64,000 nt of DNA, taken from the NCBI GenBank assembly GCA_951406725.2, contig OX597817.1:162192001-162256000 (forward strand), written 5' to 3'. This DNA comes from Octopus vulgaris (taxonomy: Eukaryota). Positions 41,926 to 55,738 of this stretch are shown one piece after another. Positions within the stretch are counted from its first letter, which is position 1. Each line of letters begins with the position of its first letter. The notes beneath the pieces were generated by a model that had not been told where the DNA came from, did not search any database, and saw only the letters and a list, made by a program, of their open reading frames with translations. The position numbers and the translations under genes were made by a program.

Positions 41926-42644
41926 TCTCTTTTAATCTCAGCAGATGTCAATGTTACGAAGAAAATCATTCAATACGATAAATTCTGTGTATTTCGCTTA
42001 TATTTTCTGTACTTTCGTTGTCATATTAAAAATGATGTAGTTTCATTTCATTAACGGAAATTTGTATGTTGAAAATTATGATGGAATTAATTGTTTCCAA
42101 CAGATGTCCTCGCCTTTTGTCCTAGAAATGCGATTTATGGACCGAGAATAATAAGCAAAGCGATTGTGTATAAATTATTGAGTGAGAGAGCAGCATACGC
42201 TGGGGCACGAATATACGAAGCCTAATATACCCATCAGGACTACCCGTCTGATATAGATACACCCGGCACATACATCATAACCATATGTGCGTGACATAGT
42301 GACCTTATACCAAGATAAATAGTACATGACATTGCAGGTGGCGCCCAACTAGAATTTTCTTCAGGTCAAGTAGCTCGAAAGGTCTCCAAATAAGATTTTG
42401 ACTAAGCAATCTCAGTGTAGGAAAAGAAAAGCGCTGAAGAGACTGACTATCAGCAGACCCATTGGTAAAACATGAAAACTTTTTGGGCCGAAACCTAGCA
42501 ATAAGAGCTTGCGGATATTCCGCTACGAAACATTCAATAATATCGAAGCAGTAACTTTCATAAATCAGGGTATAATTTTTGAAGACTCTTTCTGAACCCA
42601 GTCAACGATGGGTATTTCTGTTAGTGTATCTATATATATACCTA

Positions 42645-42975
42645 GACGCAGGGTGGTTGCGTAGTAAGAAAGTTTCTATCCAAGAACATGGTTCCAGGCT
42701 CAGTCCCACTGCGTGACACCTTGGGTCACTGTCTTCTACTACAGCCTCGGGCCGACCAAGAGGCCCGTCGTATATGTGTGTGTGTGTGTGTATGTGTGTG
42801 TGTATTTGTGTGTGTCTGTTTGTCCAGCAACCATCGCTTGACAGCCGATGTTGGTGTATTTACGTCCTCGTAACCTAGCAATTCATCAAGAGACCGATAG
42901 AATAAGTATTAGGCTTACAAAGAATAAATCCTAACGTCAATTTGTAAAATATACATACGTACATACATACATACA

Positions 42976-43040
<65 letters not shown>

Positions 43041-43450
43041 ATACATACATACGTATACATATATCAATATATACACGTATATACACATATACACACATGC
43101 GTGACTGTGCAGTAAGAAGCTTGTTTCCCAACCACATAGTTCCAGGTTCAGTCCCACTTCGTGGCACCTTGGGCAAGTCTCTTCTATTTATAGCCTCCAG
43201 CCGACCAAAGCCTTGTGAGTGGATTTAGTACATGAAAACTGAAAGAAGCCCCACCATCGCTTGACAACCGATTTCAGTGTTTACGTCTCCGTAACATGGC
43301 GGTTTGGCAAAAGAGAGCGATGGAATAAGTACTAGGCTTACAAAGAATAAGTCCTGCAGTCGATTTCTTCGACTTAAATCCCTTTAAGCATGGCTGCCGT
43401 CAAATGACTAGAACAACTTAAAGAATAAAAGAATAAAAGAATAAAAGAAT
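42645..43450 (+). mobile_element. Two older SINE group A copies
   Basis: 42645-42940 and 43097-43450, both with internal deletions. Confidence 0.75.
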
Positions 43451-43474
43451 ACACACACACACATTTATATATAT

Positions 43475-43526
<52 letters not shown>

Positions 43527-43678
43527 GAGAGCGGAAGGGAGGAGGAGCTACTTCAAATGTGGTATGTTTGATAACATTATTGCATAGTTTTCCACATGTA
43601 TATTGAAGCGAGAAAAGGGAGTGTGTAGGGGATTTGTCTAGGAGTATGCCCGTTTGTTGTCTATGTGGGCGCGCGTGT

Positions 43679-43713
<35 letters not shown>

Positions 43714-43975
43714 TGTATGTATTAGCAAGTGTGTGCATACGTGTGTGACACGTTCTCTCTGTCTCTCTCTCTCTCACTCTCACTCTTTCTACGTGTGTCT
43801 ATTATTGTCCGCCCGTTAGTATACGTGTTCGTGTACGTATGTCGGTTCGTGTGTACCGAAATGCGTTTGTCTGCGTGTGTTTCTGTGGACATTTGTGCGA
43901 GTGTAATGTGTATGTGTGTGTACACATACATACATACACACACACACATATACATATATATATATTACACACACG

Positions 43976-44030
<55 letters not shown>

Positions 44031-44114
44031 TTCTTTGTGTGCGAGTGTCAGTTCGTGTGTACCGAAATGTGTTTACATGTGTTTTCGTGTGACCATTTAA
44101 TGTATGGTGTGCAT

Positions 44115-44153
<39 letters not shown>

Positions 44154-44360
44154 TGTGTGTGTGCATACATGTGTGTGTGCGTGTGTGTGTATGCGCACGT
44201 GTGCGTGTTTGTGTCTGAACAGAACCAATTAGAAATAGAGAGAGAGAGAGAGTGTCGGCCATAATAATTTACCCGACGGTCCGTCACGATATAAAAATAA
44301 AAATTACCAAATTTCAGAAGCAGCAATTCTCTCTTTTATGCTGTTAAGCAGTGGGTAATC

Positions 44361-44698
44361 GTGTGTGTGTGTGTGTGTATGCGCCTGTGTGTGTGTGTGC
44401 GTGTATATACGTCTGTGTGTGTGTGTGTGTGTATGCGTCTATGTGTGTGTGTATGCGTCTGTGTTTGTGTGTGCGTGTATATGCGTCTGTGTGTGTGTGT
44501 ATGCGTCTGTGTGTGTGTGTGTATGCGTCTGTGTTTGTGTGTGTATGCGCCTGTGTGTGTGTGTGCGTGTATATACGTCTGTGTGTGTGTGTGTATGCGT
44601 CTGTGTGTGTGTGTATGCGTCTGTGTTTGTGTGTGTGTGTATGCGTCTGTGTTTGTGTGTGTGTGTATATGCGTCTGTGTGTGTGTGTGTGTGTGTGT
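44361..44698. repeat. (GT)n-ATGCGTCT minisatellite
   Basis: Repeated atgcgtct punctuation in a GT tract. Confidence 0.95.
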
Positions 44699-45324
44699 TG
44701 TCTAACACACACAGCTCAGTTGAAAATAGCTTTCTGCATTCAGTGTGTTGAGTAATAATACTTAAAGGATTATTACGGTAATATTTCCACATTAATTACC
44801 TACCAGGGGAGCCTGACTTGGCTATCTACACCAATGTGTCGTCTGGCTGCAGTTGTTGAACGCAGGCGTTAAGCTAAACACGTCAAAAGCTCCGGATCTC
44901 ACAGTATGCAGGAGAATTCAAAGTAATAAAAGATATATATTCATATCCCTTCTCAATTTTTATGAAACTTTCTGATAGGGGATCTCGTAGGTTGAGGGAG
45001 TTTAGGGCATCACCAATGCTTAAATTTGCATGCGTTTGTCTTCGTCCGTCATCGCGTGCGTGCGTGTATAGTATATGTCTTTATAATGTCTAAATGTGTG
45101 AGCGTGTGTGTGTGTGTCTATATGCCTGATGTATGTATGCGTATGTCTCTTCATACGTGCCTAGGAATGCGTGTGTGTGTGTGTGTGCGAGTGCATATAT
45201 ATGTGTGCGTGTGTATGCGCATGGTATGTCTGTGTGCGCGTGTTTGTTCATGTCCTTGATCGTGTGTGTGTGTATCTGTCTCATCTGTATAAGTGTATAA
45301 GGCCCCTTCGTTTGTGCCTGATTC

Positions 45325-45381
<57 letters not shown>

Positions 45382-45797
45382 TTGTGTATGTGTTTGAGTG
45401 TGTGTGTGTATAAGAGTATTTACTATCTAAGTATAATGTTGAATGTTTGAAATCGCATGTCTGAATGCGTATGTATATGTGGATATTATTTAATCTCAGG
45501 TTAATCCTAATCGGGTAGACGCATGATCAAAGCCATTCCAGCCGTATCAACCGGTCATATTTTCTTCTATGTACAATGAACCTTGGACTACATTAGCGAA
45601 CGTGTCTTTACTAAGATGTAATTTGAGGACGATTTCTCTGCTTTTTCTAGCAGATTGAGCAAACCATCGCTGGCTAATTGGTATATCCATAGTTGGCTGT
45701 TTATATGTATTTGTAGCTCAGTGTTTCAGACCATATTATAATTATAGTTAAGTGCGTAAATGTGAGAGTGTAAGTGTGTGTCAATGAGGACTTCTGA

Positions 45798-45876
<79 letters not shown>

Positions 45877-46331
45877 TGTTTCTTTATTAGCCACACAGGG
45901 CTGCACACAGACAGGACAAAATTACAAGGTAGAGCTTTTCTTTTGGGGGTAAAAGAAGGGGGGTTTGGTTTTCGATCAAAAGGGATCGTAAATGGAAGAA
46001 AGAGGGGGGTAAGGAAAAAAAAATTGATCAATAGGGATCGTTATCACAGAAATGTCAATATGAAGTGTAAAGGGGAGGACAGGTGAGGTTTACCCGTGGA
46101 AAGAAAAGCCTACGGAAAAGACCACGGTAACCTCGGTCAATGAAGTCACATGTTATATTTCTTTTTTTTTTGTTTTTTTGCAAATAAGCAACTCTCTGTA
46201 TTAATTTTTACGGTTCATAGAATCATAGTCAAGGTGGCTTCGTCATTCATATGTGCCATCCTTGCTACATTCACCCATCTTTTTTTAAAACATTCACTAG
46301 ACAAAACTTGCCTCTCTACTCTCACTTTCCT
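45877..46331 (-). mobile_element. Second, shorter copy of the Tx1-like LINE in (GATA)n
   Basis: Same 3' junction gatagata|tgtttcttt; 5' end also joins atagatagat. Confidence 0.88.
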
Positions 46332-46639
46332 CATAGATAGATAGATGTGTGCGCGCGCGGTGTCTGTGTGTGCGTGTGTGGTTACGTGGTTAAGAAGCTC
46401 GCTTTCCCTCCACGTGGTTTCGGGTTAAGTCTCACTGCGCAGTACTTAAGGCAAATGTCTTTCTATTGTAACATTGGACCGACCAATTCCTTATGAGTGA
46501 ATTTGGTTGACGGAAACCGTGTTGAAGCCAGTCAAATTTATACATACATATACGCACACATAAGGTATGTATGTATGTATGTATGTATGTATGTATGTAT
46601 GTATGTATGTATGTATGTATGTATGTATGTATGCATTCG

Positions 46640-47012
46640 TTTACTTTTTTACTTGTTTCAGTCATTAGACTGCGGCTATGCTGGAGCACTGCCTTTTAGT
46701 CGAAGGATTCGACCCCGGACTTATACTTTGTAAACCTGGTACTTATTCTATCAGTAATTTATGCCGAACCGCTAAGCTATGGGAACGTAAATACATCAAC
46801 ATCGATTGTCAAGCGATGGAGCGTGTACAAACACACAAACGCACACACATATATACGACAGGTTTCTTTGTTTCCGTGTTCCAAATCCACTCACAAGGCT
46901 TTGGTTGGCCCGAGGCTAGAAGTAGAAGACACTTTCCTAAGGTGCCACGCAGTGGGACCGAACCTAGAACCATGTGGTTGGGAAGCATGCTTCTTCCCAC
47001 ACAGCTACGCCT
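46640..47012 (-). mobile_element. SINE group A (older)
   Basis: Family match. Confidence 0.8.
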
Positions 47013-47159
47013 GTATGAATGTATGGATAAAAAATATTCTGGCAAAAGTGAAATATCTCCTGAGATTCAGCTTGGAAAACTACATTAGTGTACCAAATTT
47101 AAAAATTTTCAAGAACATTTCGGTACACACGAACTGACACTCGCACACAGAGAAACACG

Positions 47160-47240
<81 letters not shown>

Positions 47241-47460
47241 GGGAATTTTCCTTGTGTTGTTTGTCTTGTACTCTGTTTTTTCGTTGTTAAAAAAAGGTCC
47301 GTTTCCACGTTTGTTTTTACGTTTTCGTTTCTCGTTGAGTTCTACGTCTATTTGTGGTGTCCTGTACTCACGTATATATATTTATATATGCATGTATATA
47401 TACATGTAGATGTAGGTACGTACATATATGTATGTATGTATGCATATATTTTATTTATTA

Positions 47461-47497
<37 letters not shown>

Positions 47498-47498
47498 T

Positions 47499-47532
<34 letters not shown>

Positions 47533-48034
47533 TGTATGTATGTATGTATGTATGTATGTATGTATGTATGTCTCTGTAATTATTATAAATCTTCCACTGA
47601 GTGGGGAGCCGGTTTCCAACAAAGATACAAGACTCCATCTTTGGGATGTAGTTAACACAGACAAATTCACATTTGGAACTTGAGAAAAGTCTCGCACATT
47701 TTTACTGTTTCACAGATTGCATGAGTAATGTACGAATCAGCCGGTCGCTTTCTCTTTCTGAAAATCCCAGTTTATCCACATTCTCCTTTACTAACAAAAT
47801 CTAGTGCTCCAATTATTATTGGTATGAATATGAATTCATAGTCTGTATATAGGACCTAGAGATTTCGAAGCAGTTGTCCATGAATATCCTCTTTTTCTTT
47901 GATTTTCAAACAGATATTTATATTTGCAGGGCAGCTGACCTCTATGATGATACATACCTTTGCCCCTCTGTCCCAAACAACATGTATGTATGTATGTATG
48001 TATGTATGTATGTATGTATGTATGTATACTCATT

Positions 48035-48445
48035 ACTCTTTACTCTTTTACTTGTTTCAGTCATTTGAATGTGGCCATGCTGGAGCACCGCCTTTAGTCG
48101 AGCAAATCGACCCCAGAACTTATTCTTTGTAAGCATTGTACTTATTCTATCGTTCTCTTTTGCAGAACAGCTAAGTTACGGGGACGTAAACACACCAGCA
48201 TCGGTTATCAAGCGATCTTGTGGTTACAAACACAGACACACAAACATATACACAAACACACACACATATATACATATATGCGACGGGCTTCTTTCAGTTT
48301 CCGTCTACCAAATCCACTCACAAGGCTTTGGTCGGCCAGAGGCTATAGTAGAAGACACTTATCCAAGGTGCCACGCAGTGGAACTGAAGCCAGAACCATG
48401 TGGTTAGTAAGCAAGCTACTTACCACACAGTCACTCTTACGCCTA
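48035..48445 (-). mobile_element. SINE group A
   Basis: Family match; left arm of the inverted duplication. Confidence 0.88.
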
Positions 48446-48898
48446 TGTATGTATGTATGTATGTATGTATGTATGTATGTATGTATGTAGGTATGTATGT
48501 AGGTATGTATGTATGAGTGTGCGTGTGTGTGTGCCTCACTACCGCTTGATAACAGGTGTTGGTTTGTTTACGCACCCGTAACTTATCGGTTCGGTGAAAG
48601 AGAATAATAGAATAAGTACCAGACTTTAAAATAAGTACTGGGTTAATTTGCTCGACTAAAACCCTTCATGGTGGTGCCCCAGCATGGACGCAGTCCAATC
48701 ACTGAAACAAATAATGATAAAAAATACCTTTAATGCTTAAATCGTGGCTGTCTGGTTAGAAGTTTGCTTTCAAATCAATTGGTCCCGGGTTCAGTCCCAC
48801 TGCATGACAACTTGGAGAAGTGTCTTCTGTTATAGCCTCGGACTGGTACCATTATCAATATATTTCGTAGACGGAAACAGGAAGAAGCCCGTCGTATA

Positions 48899-48942
<44 letters not shown>

Positions 48943-49082
48943 ATTGTGTCTGCGTTCGTCACCCCTCCACCACCACCACCACCACTTGACAACTGATGTT
49001 AATTTGTTTATGTTTCCGTGACATAGCGGTCTGATAAAAAAGTCCTATTGAATAAGTTACTAGGCTTTTTAAAAAATGCTAA

Positions 49083-49294
49083 GGAGGTGTGCTGTGTGGT
49101 AAGTAGCTTGCTTACCAACCACATGGTTCCGGGTTCAGTCCCACTGCGTGGCACCTTGGGCAAGTGTTTTCTACTATAGTCTCGGGCCGACCTAAGCCTT
49201 GTGAGTGGATTTGGTAGGCGGAAACTGAAAGAAGCTCATCGTATGTATATACATATTTATATATAGAAATATATATATATATATATATATATAT

Positions 49295-49341
<47 letters not shown>

Positions 49342-49575
49342 CTTATATGGCTTATAGGTTAAATGAGGCATACTTGCCCTTACAGCCGAAACGGCTGTCA
49401 GATATGATATAATTATGATATAATATTTCTATTTCCTTGTCTAATTATATTTACAATATATTTTGTATAATGCCTTTACTGTTATGTAATGGTGTAATAA
49501 AGTATTGATTGGGTATCATCTGATGGTTGATGTTAGATTGATTTAAATATGTTTCTCCATTTTCTAATTTTGTAG

Positions 49576-49635
<60 letters not shown>

Positions 49636-49677
49636 TATATATATATATAATATATTATGTATGTATGTGTGTATGTG

Positions 49678-49765
<88 letters not shown>

Positions 49766-50005
49766 TATATATATATACATATATGTATGTATGTATGTGT
49801 GTATGTATGTTTGTTTGTCTGTGTTTGTCCCCCCAACCGATGCTGGTGTGTTTACGTCCCCGTAACTTAGCGGTTCGGCAAAAGGGCCGGTAGAATAAGT
49901 ACTAGGCTTACAAAGAATAAGTCCTGGGGTAGATTTGCTCGACTAAAGGCGGTGCTCCAGCATGGCCACAGTCAAATGACTGAAACAAGTAAAAGGGTAA
50001 AGAGT
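49083..50005 (+). mobile_element. SINE group A with expanded TA tract carrying a PLE-like tail insert (49339-49578)
   Basis: Head 49083-49245, tail 49810-50005; insert contains gcc-gaaa-cggctg-tc, the 3' half of an HHR. Confidence 0.8.
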
Positions 50006-50373
50006 AATGAGTATACATACATACATACATACATACATACATACATACATGTTTGGGACAGAGGGGCAAAGGTATGCATCATCATAGAGGTCAGCTGCCC
50101 TGCAAATATAAATATCTCTTTGAAAATCTAAGAAAAAGAGGATATTCATGGACAACGATTCGTGAGATAAAAATTCTTCAACACAGTGCCCCAGCATGGC
50201 CGCAGCCTAATGACTAAAATAAGTAAAAGATAAGAGAAGTATGTACGTATGTATGTACGTATGTATGTATGTATGTATGTATGTATGTATGTATGTATGT
50301 ATGTATGTATGTATCGATGAAGGTTTACGCCAACAAATACGTGATAGGTAATGATATATTTTCTTGTCTTGAG

Positions 50374-50446
<73 letters not shown>

Positions 50447-50788
50447 CATTGCGTATATAGTATTTTCCCCTCTTCATTTTCTTTCTCTTTCCCAGCGTGT
50501 ATGTGTACCTATGTTTTTGAGTGCATATATATATATATGTGTATGTGTATGTGAGTGTGTGTTCTTTTGTTGTTTGGATATACATGTATGTGTTTATATA
50601 CGTATTTTTATATGTGTAAGTTAACACGAAAGCAGGTGTGTAGGCGTTATAAACGAGGTGAAATAATGTATAATAAGTAGAGAGGGTGTCTGTGTTTACG
50701 TAACAGATTTAACAACGCTGGGATATTGGTGATTAAATATATTTATAGTAGTCGTTGTTGCTGCTTTTGTTGTTTAACTCTCTGTGTG

Positions 50789-50825
<37 letters not shown>

Positions 50826-50933
50826 TTGTGTGTTTATTTCTATGTGCGCGCGAGTCTTCATACACGCCACCTGTTTCACGTTACATCTTTTTAAACGTAT
50901 TTCCCCCCATTGTCACCCCTCCCCGTCTATGAT

Positions 50934-50936
<3 letters not shown>

Positions 50937-50993
<57 letters not shown>

Positions 50994-51060
50994 ATGTATA
51001 TATATATGTGTATGTATATATATATGTATGTATATATATATATGTATGTATATATATGTG

Positions 51061-51091
<31 letters not shown>

Positions 51092-51203
51092 GTATGTATA
51101 TATACATATATATATACATACATATATATAAATGTATACATATATATATATACATATATATATACATACATATATATATATATAAATATATATATATACA
51201 TAC

Positions 51204-51268
<65 letters not shown>

Positions 51269-51413
51269 AATGTATACATATATCTATACATATATATATA
51301 CATACATATATATATATACATATATATATATACATACATATATATATATATATAAATGTATACATATATCTATACATATATATATACATATATATATATA
51401 CATATATATATAC

Positions 51414-51446
<33 letters not shown>

Positions 51447-51480
51447 CATACATATATACATATATATATATATACACACA
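50937..51480. repeat. Long degenerate (TA)n tract
   Basis: Direct inspection. Confidence 0.98.
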
Positions 51481-52009
51481 CATAAAGATGTTTATGAATA
51501 TCTACATGATGCAAGAGAGAAAGTGAGCACGTGTGTATGAAGGAAGAGAGAGGGAGAGAGGGAAAGAGAGAAAAATAGATTGGGAGGGAGATAAATAGAC
51601 ATTTTATTTGTCAGAGGAAGAACAGTGCTCGTGCCCGTTGTAGGCCAACCCATACTGGTGTGATCGATGCGGTTAATGTTCAGTTCGAACATTAATAGTT
51701 TGATAAATTACCTAAAAAAAAAAAAAAAAAAAACGCCATGAAGCCGAATTTGCTGACGGTTAAAATTCTGTGAGCTATGCTGACACACATTAGGGGTGAC
51801 GACCAAGAGAAAAGGTGGAGGAACAGGGTATGTAATGGGTGGACTGTGGAGACCAAGGTTGCGGGCTTGCAAGTTAACTAGTTCAGAGGTGTATCGCCTG
51901 TTATGGTGGGGGTTCATCTATGAGTTAGAGGTTGTAAATATATTGTGGTGAATATTTGCACGTCGTTCGAATGGCCAGCTTTTGGATGAGGTCTTATAAT
52001 ATTGTCTTC

Positions 52010-52282
52010 AAAGTTTGGCACAAGATCAGCAATTTCAGAGGAGGTGGCAAGTCTATTACATTGACCCAAGTACTCAGCTGTACTTATTTCATCGACCCCG
52101 AAAGGATGAATGGCAAAGCCGACCTCGGTGGAATTTAAACTTAGAACTTAAAGATAGATGAAATACCTATTTCTTTACTGCCCACGAGGGGCTAAACACA
52201 GAGAGGACAAACAAGGATAGACAAACGGATTAAGTCGATTATATCGACCCCAGTTCGTAACTGGTACTTATTTAATCGACCG
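52010..52282 (-). mobile_element. Young SINE B tail joined to an old SINE B at ggtatttc
   Basis: gaaatacc|tatttcttt at ~52167. Confidence 0.8.
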
Positions 52283-52384
52283 AGTGTCACAAGACTAGTG
52301 GCGGAGACGATGGATGGATGGCCCGATTAAGACCTAAGCAAAAGATTTGGTACCCCAATTCATATATGTAATTCAAAATATTTA

Positions 52385-52722
52385 TGACCCCCTTCGGTCA
52401 GACACTGACCATGGGTTTGCACCTAGAGAGTGACCCTCTGAGGCACAAGTCTGGACAAGGTTGTTTTATGGAAGACCAGCAGTCGCCCATGCATACCGGC
52501 CTCCCCTCTCCACGTCACCGATGTTGTCCAAGGGAAAGGCAAAGGGGCCGATACAGCTTGGCACCTGTGACGTCGCAACTCATTTCTACAGCTGAGTGAA
52601 CTGGAGCAACGTGAAATAAAGTATCTTGCTCAAGAACACAACACGCAGCCCGGTCCGGGATTCGAGCTCACAACCTCACGATCGTAAGCTCGACGCTCTA
52701 ACCACTGAGCCACGCGCCTTCA
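52385..52722 (-). mobile_element. SINE group D1: tRNA head + CORE-like domain + RTE-like tail
   Basis: ggcgcgtggctcagtggttagagcg..ggttgtgagctcgaatccc..tgtgttcttgagcaagatact; partial TSD ..attcaaaata. Confidence 0.75.
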
Positions 52723-53228
52723 TATATTCAAAATATAAACAAATAATAATCCACAGATAAATAAATATTTTTCAAAATGAAACAAAACTGACCGTAAGAT
52801 GGAAAATAATGTTTATTTTTGTATACTCCCACTTTATTAATACCTGAAACGTTTTCTCACACCTTTTATAACTACAAAGTCCTTAAACAGATCCTCAAAA
52901 TTAATCTTAGGTAACACATCTGCTTCTATACTTTGTAGAGATAAGGCATTCTGAATATTATTTTAGCAAGTTTAAAGAAATTTCTTTTGTGCCGTAAACC
53001 ATTTATCTTTTCTGTGCTCCCTCCCCACCTTCCCTTGATGTCCTAAGCATGTGCTTATTTTGCTTAATCGTCAATCTAGCGCTGCATGGACGGACGGACA
53101 GATGAATAGATGGATAGATGGCTGGATAACAACAGTAGCATTAGCGCTGTGACAGATAGTGGTGCGGTTACAATGTCTGCTACCCGGGGTCCTCATACAC
53201 GCACACACAAACACACGCACACACAAAC

Positions 53229-53267
<39 letters not shown>

Positions 53268-53292
53268 CACACACATATATTTATGTATGTAA

Positions 53293-53519
53293 GGCGGTGA
53301 GCTGGCAGAAACGTTAGCACGCCGGGCGAAATGCGTGGCCGTATTTCGTCTGCCGTTACGTTCTGAGTTCAAATTCCGCCGAGGTCGACTTTGCCTTTCA
53401 TCCTTTCGGGGTCGATAAATTAAGTACCAGTTGCGTACTGGGGATGTAATCGACTTAATCCCTTTGTCTGTCCTTGTTTGTCCTCTCTGTGTTTAGCCCC
53501 TTGTGGGTAGTAAAGAAAT
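53293..53519 (+). mobile_element. SINE group B young, with 18-bp TSD
   Basis: TSD atatatttatgtatgtaa at 53275-53292 and 53520-53537. Confidence 0.93.
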
Positions 53520-53852
53520 ATATATTTATGTATGTAATTATCTTATATCTTTTACTTGTTTCAGTCATTTAACTGTGGCCATGTTGGGGTACTACCTTGA
53601 AGGTTTTTTTAGCGAACAAATCGACCCCAGGACTTATTTTTTAAGCCTATTATTTTATCGGTGTATTTTGCTGAACCGTTGAGTTACGGTTCAGCATTTC
53701 TTTTTAGACATTGCGTATCTCTAAAACAATGGTTCTCATACGGTGCATAGTGAATCATAAGGGACATCTAGATGTGCCACAGATTTTATAAATATAATTT
53801 AAAACTTCACGTTAATGCTTAAGCTCTTGAGAAATATGTTGTTCACAATTGT

Positions 53853-54100
53853 GAAGGCACGTGGCTTAATGGTTAGGGTATTCAGCTCACGATCGTATGG
53901 TTGTGAGTTCGATTCCCGGCTGCCGGTTGTGTCCTTGAGCAAGACACTTTATTTCTCATTGCTCCAGTCCACTCAGCTGGCAAAAATGAATAGTACCTGC
54001 AATTCGAAGAGCCAGCCTTATTATATTCTGTGTCATGCTGAATGTCCCTGAGGACGACGTGAAGTGTTCGCGTGTCTGTGGAGTGCTCAGCCACTTGCAC
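53853..54100 (+). mobile_element. SINE group D2: group D head/CORE + group C tail, truncated
   Basis: CORE-like gtgtccttgagcaagacact then ..gtgtctgtggagtgctcagccacttgcac as in group C. Confidence 0.7.
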
Positions 54101-54287
54101 TGTTCATTTTGGCATTTCTGCGGGTTCAACCAGAAAAAATGCTAAAATATGCAACTGACAAAGAACATTTAGCAGCAAAGGCACGATGGCAAACAATATC
54201 ATAAAAAATATTAGAATTGGGAATTAAATGTGAAAATATTATCAAGTGGCCGGCAGAAAACCGCCCGGAGGGCGATCATTCTGCTAG
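54101..54287 (+). mobile_element. Helitron 3' fragment
   Basis: cgccc(gga)gggcg hairpin + CTAG|T. Confidence 0.7.
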
Positions 54288-54304
54288 TATATATAAATAT
54301 TAAG

Positions 54305-54689
54305 TGGAGGCGCAATGGCCCAGTGGTTAGGGCAGCGGACTCGCGGTCATAGGATCGCGGTTTCGATTCCCAGACCGGGCGTTGTGAGTGTTTATTGAGC
54401 GAAAACACCTAAAGCTCCACGAGGCTCCGGCAGGGGATGGTGGTGATCCCTGCTGTACTCTTTCACCACAACTTTCTCTCACTTTTACTTCCTGTTTCTG
54501 TTGTACCTGTATTTCAAAGGGCCGGCCTTGTCATTCTCTGTGTCACACTGAATATCCCCGAGAACTACGTTAAGGGTGCACGTGTCTGTGGAGTGCTCAG
54601 CCACTTACACGTTAATTTCACGAGCAGGCTGTTCCGTTGATTCGGATCAACCGGAACCCTCGTCGTCGTAACCGACGGAGTGCTTCCAC
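54305..54689 (+). mobile_element. SINE group C, full length, 14-bp TSD
   Basis: TSD atatataaatatta at 54289-54302 and 54690-54703. Confidence 0.93.
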
Positions 54690-55080
54690 ATATATAAATA
54701 TTAGTATGAACAACATACGTACGAGCTCCATGCGAGATTTCCTGTGTGATAGCTGGTAGGACAAGCATTACACATGTATATTGACGTGGTCGTTACTGTA
54801 GTGGGCAGTAGTTTAAGTAGAACCATTTCACACAGTGTTTGAAAAATCAATACAAAATAACAACGATTTAAAAACCAGAGGCAGCACACAAGCACATCAA
54901 ATTACGTCATATACATGCACACACACGGACAAACACACACACGCATACACACACATACACACGTACGAACTACGTACGTGTACATATGACGTATGCATGA
55001 ACCCTGCTTACATACTATCTCGGTAAATCGATATATTGAAAGTGTGCATGCGTGTGTGCATGTGTGTGTGTGTGTGTGTG

Positions 55081-55132
<52 letters not shown>

Positions 55133-55390
55133 TACCTGTGTATATCTGCATGTGTGCATTTATCAATGGACTTTGCTTTCCGTTCTAGACAGCCTGATAA
55201 TCTGAACTCGGAAAGTCCCTCTTCAAGGTACAGTTATAGGCATGCTCTCTTTCTAAAACAGAGACACACACAGACACACACACACGTTGTGTGCACATAT
55301 GTATGTATGTATATTTATCTATCTATCTATCTATAGATAGATAGATAGATATACATACATACATATATATGCATATATATATATACATAT

Positions 55391-55444
<54 letters not shown>

Positions 55445-55446
<2 letters not shown>

Positions 55447-55650
55447 CGGGAAGCTTTATGAAAATAGACAAAAGACGAAGGCAGGTGGAAAACAAACAAA
55501 CAATTGTATTAGTATGGCGGTCAGGAAATATAAATAAAACAAGTCTTTAACGTTTCGAGCCTACGCTCTTCAACAGAAAGATACACAGAGAGAAAAAAAC
55601 ACAGAAAGAAGGAGAGAAAAAAATGCGTGCAGTAACTAACGAATCAACAT

Positions 55651-55653
<3 letters not shown>
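55445..55653 (-). mobile_element. Short HHR-bearing element in (TA)n; HHR at 55545-55580
   Basis: tcttt-CTGTTGA-a-gagc(gtag)gctc-GAAA-cg-TT-aaaga. Confidence 0.75.
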
Positions 55654-55702
<49 letters not shown>

Positions 55703-55738
55703 CATATATATATATACATACATATATATATGTATATA

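Noticed and set aside
54305-54376. tRNA-like sequences at SINE heads
   Set aside because: No complete acceptor stem; they continue into SINE bodies with TSDs.
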